From Selaginella moellendorffii (taxonomy: Eukaryota; Plantae; Lycopodiophyta): a stretch of DNA of 64,000 bases. The position numbers were made by a program, and so were the translations under genes. The notes beneath the pieces are model-generated. The model was not told the origin of the DNA. It ran no database searches and was given only the letters and a program-made list of their open reading frames with translations. Where the stretch lies: the NCBI RefSeq assembly GCF_000143415.4, contig NW_003314261.1, positions 2,987,266 through 3,051,265 on the forward strand, read 5' to 3'. Of the stretch, positions 34,028 through 45,899 are shown in pieces (the stretch's first letter is position 1; every line of letters begins with the position of its first letter).

Positions 34028-35611
34028 TAGAACTGAGGGAATATTCCATTTGCCGCCACGTCAGTATTAGGGTCCCATTCCAAGTGCTTGAAAAACAGTC
34101 GATCATCGTCTGTAAGGAAGTGAAGAAGAAGAATAAAGGATGCCTCGACTAAAAGTTCCTTGGTGAAGCAGTGCTCTAGATCGTGTGAACGAGCGGCTTT
34201 GAATACAGAGGGAAGCAAGAGAGTGTCATCAAGCCACCATGAGCATTCTGTGTCCTCACTGTGGGTAACGGGTTTACCTTAGAGCAAACACCTGGGGTGT
34301 TTTTACTGGTGCATTGCCAGGAAGACATTGCTGCCAAGGTTGCGACTTTCCTTTAGAAGAACATCATCACGAGATTTGGCTGCCCTTTGGAGCTGGTAAG
34401 CTATAGAGGTACTCACTTTATCAATCAAGTGATTGCGACCTTGGTGGAGAAGTATGGCAGCGCTCATTGTAAGTCCACTCCCTATCACCCTCGTGCTAAT
34501 GGACAGCGCACAAATAAGATACTGTGCGACATTATCACAAAGCTTGCCAGTGCTTCTCGCACTGATTGGGATCAACGCTTGTTGGATGCTCTCTACCGCG
34601 TTGCTTACAAGGTCACCACCAAAGCTTCACTGTTCCAGCTTGTTTATGGACAAGAAGGCATCCTACCACTCGAGCTTGAGATTCCATCTCTCCGTATGGC
34701 TGTCAAGCACAACTTGGACTGGGACAACACTCTTCAAGCTCGACTGGACACTTCTCCAACTCGACGAGTGTCAACTTCTCGCCTTCCAAGCTCGCGAAGC
34801 ACTTCAGAAGTGCCACAAAGTCTGGTACGATCGTCATTTGCGTGCTAAGAATTTTTCTGCTGGTGATCAGGTTCTACTATATGATAGCAAGCACTGGAAA
34901 AAGCCTGGGAAACTCCGTATTCGCTGACTTGGCCACATCGTTGAAGTTTTTACCAATGGCTCGGTCCAGCTTGAAGATCTTAGCAGGAACTTGTTACCAA
35001 CTCGTGTTAATGGGGCTCGCCTGTGCAAGTCCCATGAGCGAGATGAAGCTGCTGTGGAGCTGTGTGCTCCAGGACGGAGCTCAATAAGAACTGAGGGAAT
35101 ATTCCATTTGCCACCACATCAATATTAAGGTCACGACCATTGGGGAGGGGAAGTCCACAAGGGAAAAAACAGTCGATCATCGTATGTAAGGAAGTGAAAA
35201 AGAAGAATAAAGGATGCTTCGATGAAGAATTCCTTGGCGAAGCAGTGCTCTAGATCGTGTGAACGAGCGGCTTCGAGTACGGAGGGAAGCAAGAGAGCGT
35301 CATAAGCATTCCGTGTCCTCACTATGGGCAATGGGTTTACCTTAGAACAAACACCTAGACATGTTTTCCACAAGCTTATTGGGAAAAGGAGCAATAACAG
35401 CATGGTTCGAAGGTTTATTGATGCTGGCTTTGCGCTCTAGACTTGCTATGATCAAGAGACTTTCACCAGAGTACTTGCTCATCCGTTTGAGAGGGCACTG
35501 ATTCAAGCTTTTGGAAGCCATGGACACAAGGGCTACAAATGTGAGATTTGTGTGTTTCAGAATGTTCTTTGTCTGTCACCCAACGAGAGGCATTTTCGTG
35601 AAATGGTTAAG
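34028..35611 (+). pseudogene. Two decayed copies (34028-34294 and 35088-35611) related to the 378-aa orphan, separated by the Gypsy fragment
   Basis: 34028-34294 and 35088-35356 are direct repeats. 35364-35611 aligns to 31381-31666 (VFHKLIGKRSNNSMVRRFIDA vs VFHMLIGKRRSNTVVRRFLDA). Stops and deletions present. Confidence 0.8.
34295..35085 (+). mobile_element. Gypsy integrase fragment (frameshifted)
   Basis: IITRFGCPLELVSYRGTHFIN...STPYHPRANGQ, LFQLVYGQE and FSAGDQVLLY...PGKL. Confidence 0.85.
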
Positions 35612-35655
35612 GTAAACTTATCGTGGGGTTTAGGGTTTATCCATTACGATGGGGA

Positions 35656-37977
35656 ATGGCGTCTTGCTGTGACTCCATTGCTTTCCTTGGGCTTCCTAGG
35701 TCTCGTGGAAATCGCGGCGGCGAGCGGCGCTGGAAATGTGATCGGCTGTCCACCAGCATCGCGCTGCTTGCGCCTCCGGTGCTCTGCCCTTGCTCATCCG
35801 CGCCAATCGGCGGAGGTAAGCTAGAGAACGTAGACTCCGATTTCGATGCCGAGGGCTTCGATAGGGTGGATGATGGATTTGATTTAAGGCACAGTGGCGG
35901 CGGTGGGAGAGAAGATAGTTTTCTGCTGTCGAGCTCAGAGCTTGAGGAACTTAAGAGGCTGGAGGAAAGCACTAGAGAAGTTAGTGGCGATTCTTTTCGA
36001 GCTATTCTTTCTTCGAGGCTAGAAAAGGCGCAAGGAACGAATTCTTCTTTGTCAATCCATGCTCCGTCGGGTGCTCCTTCTAGTCGATGGTCTGGCAGAG
36101 GCAATCGCTCAAGTTCTCCGAGTGATAAATGGAACCAAGCACAGTCCATCATATGGAAGTGGTCGAAATCTTCGCAGAGCTCCAGTTCTTCCCAGTTGCC
36201 TCAAGGAGATCGTCTCATCAACATTGACGATGTGATGAAAGCTCTTCGAGGCACGGCTACTATAGAGGAGCTTGAAGCCGCGATGCTGCCATGGAAAGGA
36301 AAGATCTCTCCGAAGCTCATGGTGACGATTCTAAACATGCAAGACGACTGGCAGCGATCACTGGCTCTACACGACTGGATGATCGAGAAAGGTGGCTACG
36401 CTCCATCCATCTTTGCTTACAACGTTGTTCTCAAGAACGTTCTTCGAGCGAGACAGTGGGAGCTCGCCGAGGGCCTTGTGCTTGAGATGGTCGAGAAAGA
36501 CTTGGTGCCGGATAAGTTCACTTTCTCGACGCTTATCAGCGGGTATGGACGAGCGAACCGGCTGGAAGATGCAATGGGATGGCTGCAAGAGATGGAAGCA
36601 GGAGGAATCAAGCCGGACCTTGTTATCTTCAGCACACTGATCGAGCTCGCTGGTAAAGTCAAGGACTACTCCAAAGCAACATCACTCTTCTCGAAACTCA
36701 AGGCTTCCGGGATCGCTCCTGACAAGGTGATCTACAACTCCATGATAAATCTCTACGGGAAGGCAAAATTCTACAAGGAAGCGCAGGGTCTTCTAGCGGA
36801 GATGAAGGAGGCGGGGCTTATGCCGGATACTGTGAGCTACACTATTCTCATCAACGCTTACGCGGAGTCCCAGAAATATCTGGAAGCCAAACAAGTTTTT
36901 CTCGAGATGAAGACGAAGGGGATTCAACTTGATGTCACGACTTGCAACATGATGATCGATGTGTACGGGAAGCTGGAGATGGTCAGAGACGCGGAAGAGC
37001 TTTTCTGGAGCATGAGCAAGACACTGGGGATTCAACAAAACGTCGTCACGTACAACACCATGATCAAAGTTTACAAAGAGGCCGAGTTGCTGTCGGAGGC
37101 TTTCAACGTTTTCTATTACATGCAAAACAAGGGAGGTGTGGAGCCGAATGTCATCACCTACAACACGATACTCTTCCTGCATGGACTGACGCTTCAGCAC
37201 GAGAAAGCCATGAGGCTCGTCCGGAAGATGCAGCAGCGAGGGATAGAGCCAAATGCGGTGACTTACTCGACTTTGATATCCATATACGGGAAGACTGGAA
37301 AATACGATAGAGCAGCATTCCTCTTCAAGACGCTGAGGGAGAAGGGATTCGAGATGGACGAGATTTTATACCAGTCAATGATCGTGGTGTACGAGAGGGC
37401 CGGCTTGGTGGCTCATGCGAAGCGTTTGCTCGAAGAACTTAAGCAACCGGACATCGTTCCAAGGGATACAGCAATCAGCATCCTAGCCAAGGCAGAAAAA
37501 CTGGAGGAGGCAGCGAAGCTTTACTGGCGATCACACGAGGCTGGAGAGATCAAAGAGTCGGTTACATACAAGTCCATGATTCAGCTCTTCGTGAGGAACA
37601 AGAGGAGCAAGAACGCAATCGACGTTTTCGAAAACATGCGAGAGAGCGGTTTCTTGCCCGACTCGGAGACGACTGTGGTGCTGCTAGCAGCTTATGGCCA
37701 GCTCCGTCAACTGGAGGACGCTGAGAAGCTCTACCTGGACATGCGCGAGCGGGGGTGCACGCTGGAAAAGGAAGTCCACTTCCAGATGCTCAAACTGTAC
37801 GGTGACGCTCGGAAGATTCGGGAGGCCGAGGACATGTTTGCGGCGTTAAAACTCGAAGGCCTTGACGGGGACGAGCTCTACCTTACAATGATCCGGATTT
37901 ACGAGCGAGCAAGCAAGCTCAACGAAGCATCGAGGCTCTTCTCCGAGATGAAGTCACGCCAGCAAGTGGGAGGATGA
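35656..37977 (+). CDS. P-class PPR protein, chloroplast, At5g39980 (PDM3)-like
   Basis: Intronless, with transit peptide. DWQRSLALHDW...PSIFAYNVVLKNVLRA, HAKRLLEELKQPD and EVHFQML match my recollection of At5g39980. Confidence 0.9.
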   Translation: MASCCDSIAFLGLPRSRGNRGGERRWKCDRLSTSIALLAPPVLCPCSSAPIGGGKLENVDSDFDAEGFDRVDDGFDLRHSGGGGREDSFLLSSSELEELKRLEESTREVSGDSFRAILSSRLEKAQGTNSSLSIHAPSGAPSSRWSGRGNRSSSPSDKWNQAQSIIWKWSKSSQSSSSSQLPQGDRLINIDDVMKALRGTATIEELEAAMLPWKGKISPKLMVTILNMQDDWQRSLALHDWMIEKGGYAPSIFAYNVVLKNVLRARQWELAEGLVLEMVEKDLVPDKFTFSTLISGYGRANRLEDAMGWLQEMEAGGIKPDLVIFSTLIELAGKVKDYSKATSLFSKLKASGIAPDKVIYNSMINLYGKAKFYKEAQGLLAEMKEAGLMPDTVSYTILINAYAESQKYLEAKQVFLEMKTKGIQLDVTTCNMMIDVYGKLEMVRDAEELFWSMSKTLGIQQNVVTYNTMIKVYKEAELLSEAFNVFYYMQNKGGVEPNVITYNTILFLHGLTLQHEKAMRLVRKMQQRGIEPNAVTYSTLISIYGKTGKYDRAAFLFKTLREKGFEMDEILYQSMIVVYERAGLVAHAKRLLEELKQPDIVPRDTAISILAKAEKLEEAAKLYWRSHEAGEIKESVTYKSMIQLFVRNKRSKNAIDVFENMRESGFLPDSETTVVLLAAYGQLRQLEDAEKLYLDMRERGCTLEKEVHFQMLKLYGDARKIREAEDMFAALKLEGLDGDELYLTMIRIYERASKLNEASRLFSEMKSRQQVGG

Positions 37978-39536
37978 AAATCTGGCACAGTACATACATA
38001 TGGAGCACGGAGATCTGGACCAAGTTTCCAGCAGCAGACCGGGAACAGGAATCGACGAAACACGGAGGAAAAGGTGGTGTTGATTTTGCTGGATCCTATG
38101 TCAGCCACTACAAGTGAGTGCGTTTGGTATCACTGCTTGTGGATTTTCTTTCTTTGGCGTTTCTTTTTTTTTTTTCTCGCGTCCTGACGACGAAGCTTTT
38201 GTTGCTACAGGGTTGATTTCCGCAGCTTCTTCTTCTAGAGTTGATTGAACGGGTCATCCACAGGACGTGTTCGTGTTTTGTGGATCCAAAGCACACTAGC
38301 AGTTCGTGCAAAGGAAGACTTTCACATGTGTTGCCAGCCGGAAGAGTGTCACGACGTTTGACTTGCACTAAACAACGCTCTTAAGGTACTCGTTCATCCC
38401 AGCTTTTCCAAATGCCACTGCAAAACAGGATGTCAACAGCGAATAATTGGCAGCGGCCCACGACAGAGAGTTGCGTGATTATCTTTAAACTTCCAGCGTA
38501 TCTCTCTTAGGCTCGGCCATTTAACAAGTCGGTCGTGGACAGGAAAAGCTCCAGATCAATCAAACACGATGCCGCTCGAGAGAAAAGATTATCCTTGAAA
38601 ACACTCTAAGCAGCAACAGTGATCAAGTGTAAGTGGACCCAGCCCAGCTGCTTCCATACAAAGACACGAATCTAACAACTTTACAGGAGATTTCGTAGCT
38701 TCCAAGTGGAACCAACGAAAGAACGAATCGGTTGGATGTGTAAGAGGGCGATTTTATGAGACGTGTGGTGAGACGTTCAATCGGCCACCAAACGATATAT
38801 ATCACAGCACCGGAATGAAGAGCCTTGCTCGTCTCGCAACATAAAAAAAAAGCAAAGCTTCCTGAGTAATAAACTTTGATCGATTTATATGACCAACCAT
38901 ATCGTTGTATATTGTCTCGCAATAGACTATAGACTATATGGTACATGGTTTTGGTCTTTAATGAGATATCTGCCTCGCATTTAAAGTTTTCACCATGGCA
39001 GTGTCGGAGCCCGTGCTCGGGCCCGTCGGATGGACCATCCGACGGTAAATAACGGCGGTTAAAAGGGACAAAAAGCGCACGATTTAGTCACGAACCATGC
39101 GGCTTTAACACCTCTGGCGTGGGCCCGCCTTGCCGACGCGGTTGATAGCACGTAGACGTCGACGCGCAGAGAAAACCCCGCGACGCGCGGTTCTCATCAC
39201 CGTGTCTAGGCGAGAATATCCCCGGCTTTGAGAGTTTTCCCAGGGGTAGGACTTCCATTTGAGTGAATGCGAGGGTGAGGAGCCGGAGGAGGAGGGAATG
39301 CGGCAAGGGTTTGTTCTTCCCTGGCGCCCGAGCTCCCGCCCAGCGGCGTCATCGATCTAACAATCTTTTCGGCGAATTCCGGCGATTGCTCGAGGATCGG
39401 CAGGTCAGCCATGGCGGATCTTTGATTATCGGGCGAAATTCTCATTCCAGTGCCCCGCGGCGTCTTCTTTCTTTCTCGCAGAAGCGGCGCGGCAATGGAT
39501 TTCCCCCTCGCGGTCTAGGCGGCGGTCCAAGAAGCG

Positions 39537-42500
39537 ATGGAGGCCAACGCTGGGCTAGTCGCGGGATCTCACAAGCGCAACGAGCTCGTTGTCATTCGCG
39601 GAGACGGAGTAATGATCTTTCTCTCTTTCCGAAATGCTTACGCTATCTCCGATTTGGGTGGATCTTTGATGGACTCGCATTGTTTCTTCGTTCCCAGGTG
39701 AAGCCCCTGAGCCATTGCAAGAGCGAAACCTGCCAAATCTGTGGCGACGATGTGGGATTGACGGTCGATGGCGAGACATTCGTCGCATGCAACGAATGTG
39801 GATTCCCTGTCTGCCGCCCCTGCTACGAATACGAGCGCAAGGATGGAAACAAGTCTTGCCCGCAGTGCAAGACGAGATATAAGCGACTCAAAGGTGTGTA
39901 AAGCTCTCCTTGTCTCTCTGCGTCTTTCCTTTCCTTGACCATTTGCTCTCCAGGAAGCGCTCGGGTCGAGGGCGATGATGAGGAGGAGGACGTAGATGAT
40001 CTTGACAATGAATTCAGCGTTCACGAGTCGGATGATAAGATGGACCAGCAGCATCTTGCCGAGGCTATGCTCCACGCGCATATGACGTATGGGAGAGGAG
40101 ATGGTGAAGAAGCGGACATGCCAATTCAGCCTGGAATCCCTCTCCTTACAAATGGACAAGTGGTAAAAGTGTTTGATACTGTCGATTTCTTTTTACTTAA
40201 ATCACTCGTGTAGGGCGTCGATCCAACCGAAATTCCTCCGGATCACCATGCATTGGTCGTTCCTAGCGTTGGGCCCGGGGGCAAACGAATTCATCCGGTC
40301 TCAGATCTCGATGGTATGGATATATGTTTGTGTTTTACGTGATTGGTCTGAAGTCATGGCTTTTTAGTTCAAGTAAGATCCATGGACCCTACGAAGGACC
40401 CTTCAGCTTACGGTTATGGAAGTGTGGCCTGGAAAGAGAGGCTAGAAGGCTGGAAGTTGAAGCAAGATAGGATGTCCATAACAACAACGGATGGAAACCA
40501 TCATTACAATGATGGCAAAGGAGGAGATGAAGGAGAGCTGCCAATGTAAGAGCTTCTTTCCTAGATGCGTTTCTTTGACGTGCTCGTGTACTTACATGCA
40601 GAATGGACGAGTCCAGGCAGCCTCTCTCGAGAAAAATTCCGATTGCTTCCAGTAAGATCAATCCTTACCGGATGATTATTGTTGTCCGTCTTGTGGTTCT
40701 GGCATTTTTTCTACGTTATCGAATCTTGAACCCCGTAAAGAATGCGTATGGCCTATGGCTTACCTCCATTATTTGCGAGGTCTGGTTTGCCATCTCATGG
40801 ATTCTCGACCAGTTTCCCAAGTGGTTGCCTATCAATCGAGAGACATACCTTGATAGGCTTGCGCTGCGGTAAGACTATGTACCAGACTGTGGTACTGTTT
40901 TTTTATGCTTGTGATGTCATCTTTCTTTTCTTACAGATATGATAGAGAAGGCGAGGTGTCTCAACTTTGTGCCGTGGACATTTTTGTCAGTACAGTGGAT
41001 CCAATGAAAGAACCACCAATTGTTACAGCGAACACTGTTTTGTCCATACTCGCCGTTGACTATCCCGTGGACAAAGTCTCCTGCTTCGTCTCTGACGATG
41101 GTGCTGCCATGCTCACCTTCGAAGCATTATCTGAAACTTCGGAATTTGCACGAAAGTGGGTACCGTTTTGCAAGAAATTCAGTATCGAGCCTCGTGCACC
41201 AGAGATGTACTTTGCTCAAAAAATTGACTACCTCAAGGACAAAGTTCAGCCTTCGTTCGTGAAAGAGCGGAGAGCTATGAAGGTAATCTACCAGCGTATA
41301 TTTTTTTGGAATAACTCACGATATGGTCTACCAGAGAGAATACGAAGAATTCAAGGTGCGGATGAATGCCTTGGTGGCCAAAGCACAGAAGATACCAGAA
41401 GAGGGGTGGACAATGCAAGACGGAACGCCTTGGCCAGGAAATAATGTTCGTGATCACCCTGGAATGATACAGGTATCGCTTGTGAATTAAAGGATTAAAA
41501 CTGATATCGAAATGGCAGGTTTTCTTGGGGCATAGTGGAGGCCACGACACAGAAGGCAATGAATTGCCTCGTCTCGTCTATGTTTCTCGTGAAAAGAGAC
41601 CCGGGTTTCAGCATCACAAAAAAGCGGGTGCTATGAACTCTTTGGTATGTCTGTCCGTTGTGTTTATTTTTAATTTTGACCCGGCTTGGTGTAGGTTCGT
41701 GTATCCGCTGTCCTCACAAACGCTCCCTACCTTCTGAACCTTGACTGTGATCATTATATCAACAACAGCAAGGCATTGCGGGAAGGAATGTGCTTCATGA
41801 TGGATCCTACAGTAGGAAAACGAGTTTGTTACGTTCAGTTTCCTCAAAGGTTCGACGGCATTGACAAAAACGATCGATACGCCAATCACAATACTGTGTT
41901 TTTCGACGTAAGCAGTAGTTAATGTTCATCTCTTTTTGTTTCCTAAGATTATTCATGCGATTGCAGATCAACTTGAGAGGTCTGGATGGAGTTCAAGGGC
42001 CTGTATACGTCGGTACGGGATGCATGTTCAGGAGGCAAGCACTTTATGGATACGATCCGCCGCCCAAGCAGAACGCAAAGGGTAAAGGAGGCTGTTGTGG
42101 TCCCCGCAAAAAATCGAAGGGCTCTAAAACGAAACAATCAGACAAGAAAACCAACAGAAGCGAATCAAGTATACCGATATTCAGTCTCGAGGGAATAGAA
42201 GAAGGCTTGGAAGGTATGCATTTGATTTTATTTATCTACTTCGCTGTTAACATGTGGTCACAGGTTATGACAACCATGAAAAATCATCGTTGATGTCTCA
42301 AAAGAACTTTGAAAAAAGATTCGGCCAGTCTCCAGTATTTGTCGCCTCAACGTTTCTGGAAAATGGAGGAGTTCCTGAAAGTGCAACACCAGCTTCACTT
42401 TTAAAAGAGGCCATACATGTTATCAGCTGCGGATACGAAGATAAAACTGACTGGGGGAAAGAGGTGAGTTTCTCGTGTTTTAAATGGCTCTACAGGCCTG

Positions 42501-43515
42501 ATTTCCTTTTTGCCTTTCAGATTGGCTGGATATATGGATCTGTTACGGAGGATATTCTAACAGGCTTCAAAATGCACGCTCGCGGTTGGAAATCGATCTA
42601 TTGCATGCCAGCTCGACCAGCTTTTAAAGGATCTGCTCCAATCAACCTGTCCGACCGTCTGCACCAGGTCCTGCGGTGGGCTCTCGGGTCAGTGGAGATT
42701 ATGCTCAGTCGGCATTGTCCTATCTGGTACGGCTATGGTGGAGGCTTGAAACTTCTACAACGGGTAGCATACATCAACACAATAGTCTACCCCCTTACGT
42801 CCATACCTTTGGTGGCATATTGCACTCTACCGGCGATTTGCTTGCTCACAAACAAGTTCATCATTCCGACGGTAAGATTTCGTCTCTTCCACTCGCTTCT
42901 CATGTGTCTCAAGTGCTTGGCTTTTACGTGCAGATAAGCAACTTTGCCAGCCTTTGGTTCATCTCGCTGTTTGTCTCCATCTTCGCGACTGGTATCCTGG
43001 AGATTCGGTGGAGTGGGGTCGGCATTGACGAGTGGTGGCGAAACGAACAGTTCTGGGTTATTGGAGGCGTCTCGTCCCACTTGTTCGCCGTCTTCCAGGG
43101 GCTGCTCAAGGTTTTGGCGGGCATAGACACCAACTTTACGGTCACGACCAAAGCCGCAGAGGACGAAGACTTTGCCGAGCTCTACACCTTCAAGTGGACG
43201 ACTCTTCTCATCCCCCCGACGACGCTAATCGTGATCAACATGGTTGGCGTGGTGGCGGGCTTGTCGGACGCAATCAACAACGGCTACCAGTCATGGGGTC
43301 CGCTCTTCGGCAAGATCTTCTTCGCCTTCTGGGTCATCGTACATCTATACCCGTTCCTCAAGGGTCTCATGGGACGCCAGAACCGCACCCCGACCATCGT
43401 CATCGTTTGGTCCATCCTGCTCGCCTCCATCTTCTCGCTCCTCTGGGTCCGGATCGATCCTTTCCTGCCCAAGGTTCGAGGTCCCAACTTGCAACAATGC
43501 GGCCTCAACTGCTAG
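39537..43515 (+). CDS. CESA: Cellulose synthase catalytic subunit, multi-exon
   Basis: [20 protein letters not shown]-type CQICGDDVG...[23 protein letters not shown] and C-terminal QCGLNC*. Confidence 0.98.
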
Positions 43516-44575
43516 CCCGAGCAGCAAGAATTCTCGTAGCAGCAGCCACCAAACAAAGTTGCCAGGGAATGGACTGGAGGAGGAACTTCTCTTCTTTTCC
43601 ACGACGAACAGCCGACGAAAGCCAGGTTCTCTCTGTTTTGGTTTTCTTCACTTTTTCGAGTGTATACTAACGACTGTGAGGAAACAAACCACTTCGATCA
43701 CGTAATAAGTTCTTTTTGCGGGCGTGGGACGAGCGAGAGAAAAGCTTCTGCGCTTGCACGGTAGCTCCGCCCGCTGTTTGTGTACTGTGCATGATTCGAA
43801 GCGAGGAATAAAAAGCGTGTCACACAGGCAGACGATTTTAGTGTCAGAAATCACGTCCACAAAATGGGACTTTTACCGGTTTGTTTGCTTGCTGTTCTTC
43901 GCAAACTTGTTCGCCATCCTTTCATTGTATTGTCTCTAGTAAACAATCATTCATTCGTTCTACGAGAGAAGAAGAATGGATTAACCATCGCCATCATTCA
44001 CCAATACGATTAATATATTTCCTCGAGAATTTGGACGTTGAAGTTTCGAGCGTTTTGTTCTTGGTGTTCCTCCCTGGCCGACGACGATCATACCCTGTAC
44101 ATCAATCAAATCCCAATCAATGTCGCAGCTAATAGCTATCAACACAGCTAGCGTTAAGCGAGAGCCCCACTACTAATAAATATTTTCTCATCAAGCTCCA
44201 TACTTTTCCTTCCCACCACCTTCCTTGATCCGGCGGCGCTATCGCCTGACGCGTGGCCCGAGGAGCAGCCGTGGCACGCTTTGCTCCACTCAATCCTGTC
44301 CGTCCGTCCGGTCCCGCGCCCGTCCGTTGGCGCGCCCGTCAGCCCGCCCGTCCTGCCCGTCAATGCTGCCAGCCCGGCCCAGCCAGCTCACCGCCAGTCA
44401 GTCATCATCCATGTCACAAGTATATAAACACCACCTTCCTCTTCTCCCTCACTTTCCCTCTCCTCTTCTAAAACCCCAGAGGTTTCTCGAGATTTCTCCA
44501 TCCTTCCGATCCATCAGACCACTCCACCAGGAGAAGATCGAGGAAGGAAAGAAATTCCTCTAGCATTCCTCTAGC

Positions 44576-45568
44576 ATGGCTGCCCTGCGATTGCTCGATC
44601 GCCCAATGCTCTTGATCTCGCTACTGCTCTGTTTCTTCGCGCTCGCCAATCTCGTCAATCCCTGCGCGGCCTCTCGCGGCATCGCCAATCGCCGCCACCT
44701 GAGCGCGCTCGTCAAGGATCCGCCGCTGGTGCTCGACTACCACAACGGCGAGCTCCTCTCCGGCGCTGGATCGCTCAACGTCTACGCAATCTGGTATGGC
44801 GACTTCCAGGACTCGCACAAGTCCGCCATCGCCGACTTCTTCGCCTCCTTCCAGGACCCCGCCACTACCGTGAGCAGCTGGTGGAAGATCACCTCCGGCT
44901 ACAAGGACGCCTCCGGCGCCTCGATCTTCCCATCGCTGCGCTATGCGGGACACACCGACAACGCGGCCGCATCGCTGGGCCGGAGCCTCAAGCCCGCCGA
45001 TCTCGAGTCACTCCTCTCCAAGTCGCTGGAATCCGCGGCCTTCCCGACCGATCCAAAGGCGCTCTACCTCGTCCTCACCGCGGCGGACATCGACGTGGAG
45101 GGATTCTGCGTCCAGTCGTGCGCATCGCATCGAGTTCTCAAGGCCGCTAGCGGCAAGAGCATCGCCTACGCGTGGATTGGCGACTCGTCCTCGCGCTGCC
45201 CGGGCAAATGCGCGTGGCCGTATGCCAATCCCAAGGATTTTGGAGGACCCGACACGAAGGCTCTGGTGGCGCCCAATGGAGTCGGGGTGGACGGCATGGT
45301 GATCAACATCGCGGCCATGGTCGCGGGTGCCACCTCCAACCCGTTTGGGACGGGCTACTTCCAGGGCCCGTCAACCGCGCCCCTCGAGGCCGTCACCGCC
45401 TGCCCGGGAATCTTCGGGCAGGGGGCATATTCCGGCTACCCCGGCCAGCTCCTGAGCGATGCAGGCACCGGGGCCAGCTACAATGCGCGGGGCAGCAATG
45501 CCAGGCATTTCTTGCTGCCCGCGCTGTGGAATCCTTCCACTCTCTCCTGCGCTTATCCTCCCTCGTGA
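44576..45568 (+). CDS. EXL: EXORDIUM/PHI-1-like secreted protein
   Basis: LDYHNGELL, IWYGDF, CPGKCAWP, GVDGMVIN, TSNPFGTGYFQG and GYPGQL. TATA box at about 44421. Confidence 0.95.
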   Translation: MAALRLLDRPMLLISLLLCFFALANLVNPCAASRGIANRRHLSALVKDPPLVLDYHNGELLSGAGSLNVYAIWYGDFQDSHKSAIADFFASFQDPATTVSSWWKITSGYKDASGASIFPSLRYAGHTDNAAASLGRSLKPADLESLLSKSLESAAFPTDPKALYLVLTAADIDVEGFCVQSCASHRVLKAASGKSIAYAWIGDSSSRCPGKCAWPYANPKDFGGPDTKALVAPNGVGVDGMVINIAAMVAGATSNPFGTGYFQGPSTAPLEAVTACPGIFGQGAYSGYPGQLLSDAGTGASYNARGSNARHFLLPALWNPSTLSCAYPPS

Positions 45569-45899
45569 CGAGAACCTCGAGCTCCATCCGTCAATCTACA
45601 CAGGTTCCAAATCTAAGAAACTTTCTTCAGATATAGATCAGCTATAGATTTTACACGAAACTTGAGAGAGAGGATCGCTCATAACCATGTTTAGAATGTA
45701 CAAATCGCGGAGAAAGAAAAAAGTGAAAAGAGAGACACAGGGAGGAAACTATCTTCTAATACCAAAAGGCAATAAAAACGAAAAGAATGTGGTGCTGTTG
45801 TTCTTTTATTCTCGCAGTGTCCAGTTCCCAATGTAGTATAGTAGTAGTGCATTACTCGAAGACGGCACCTCTGTTGTTGCTTGGACACCCAGCAAAGCT

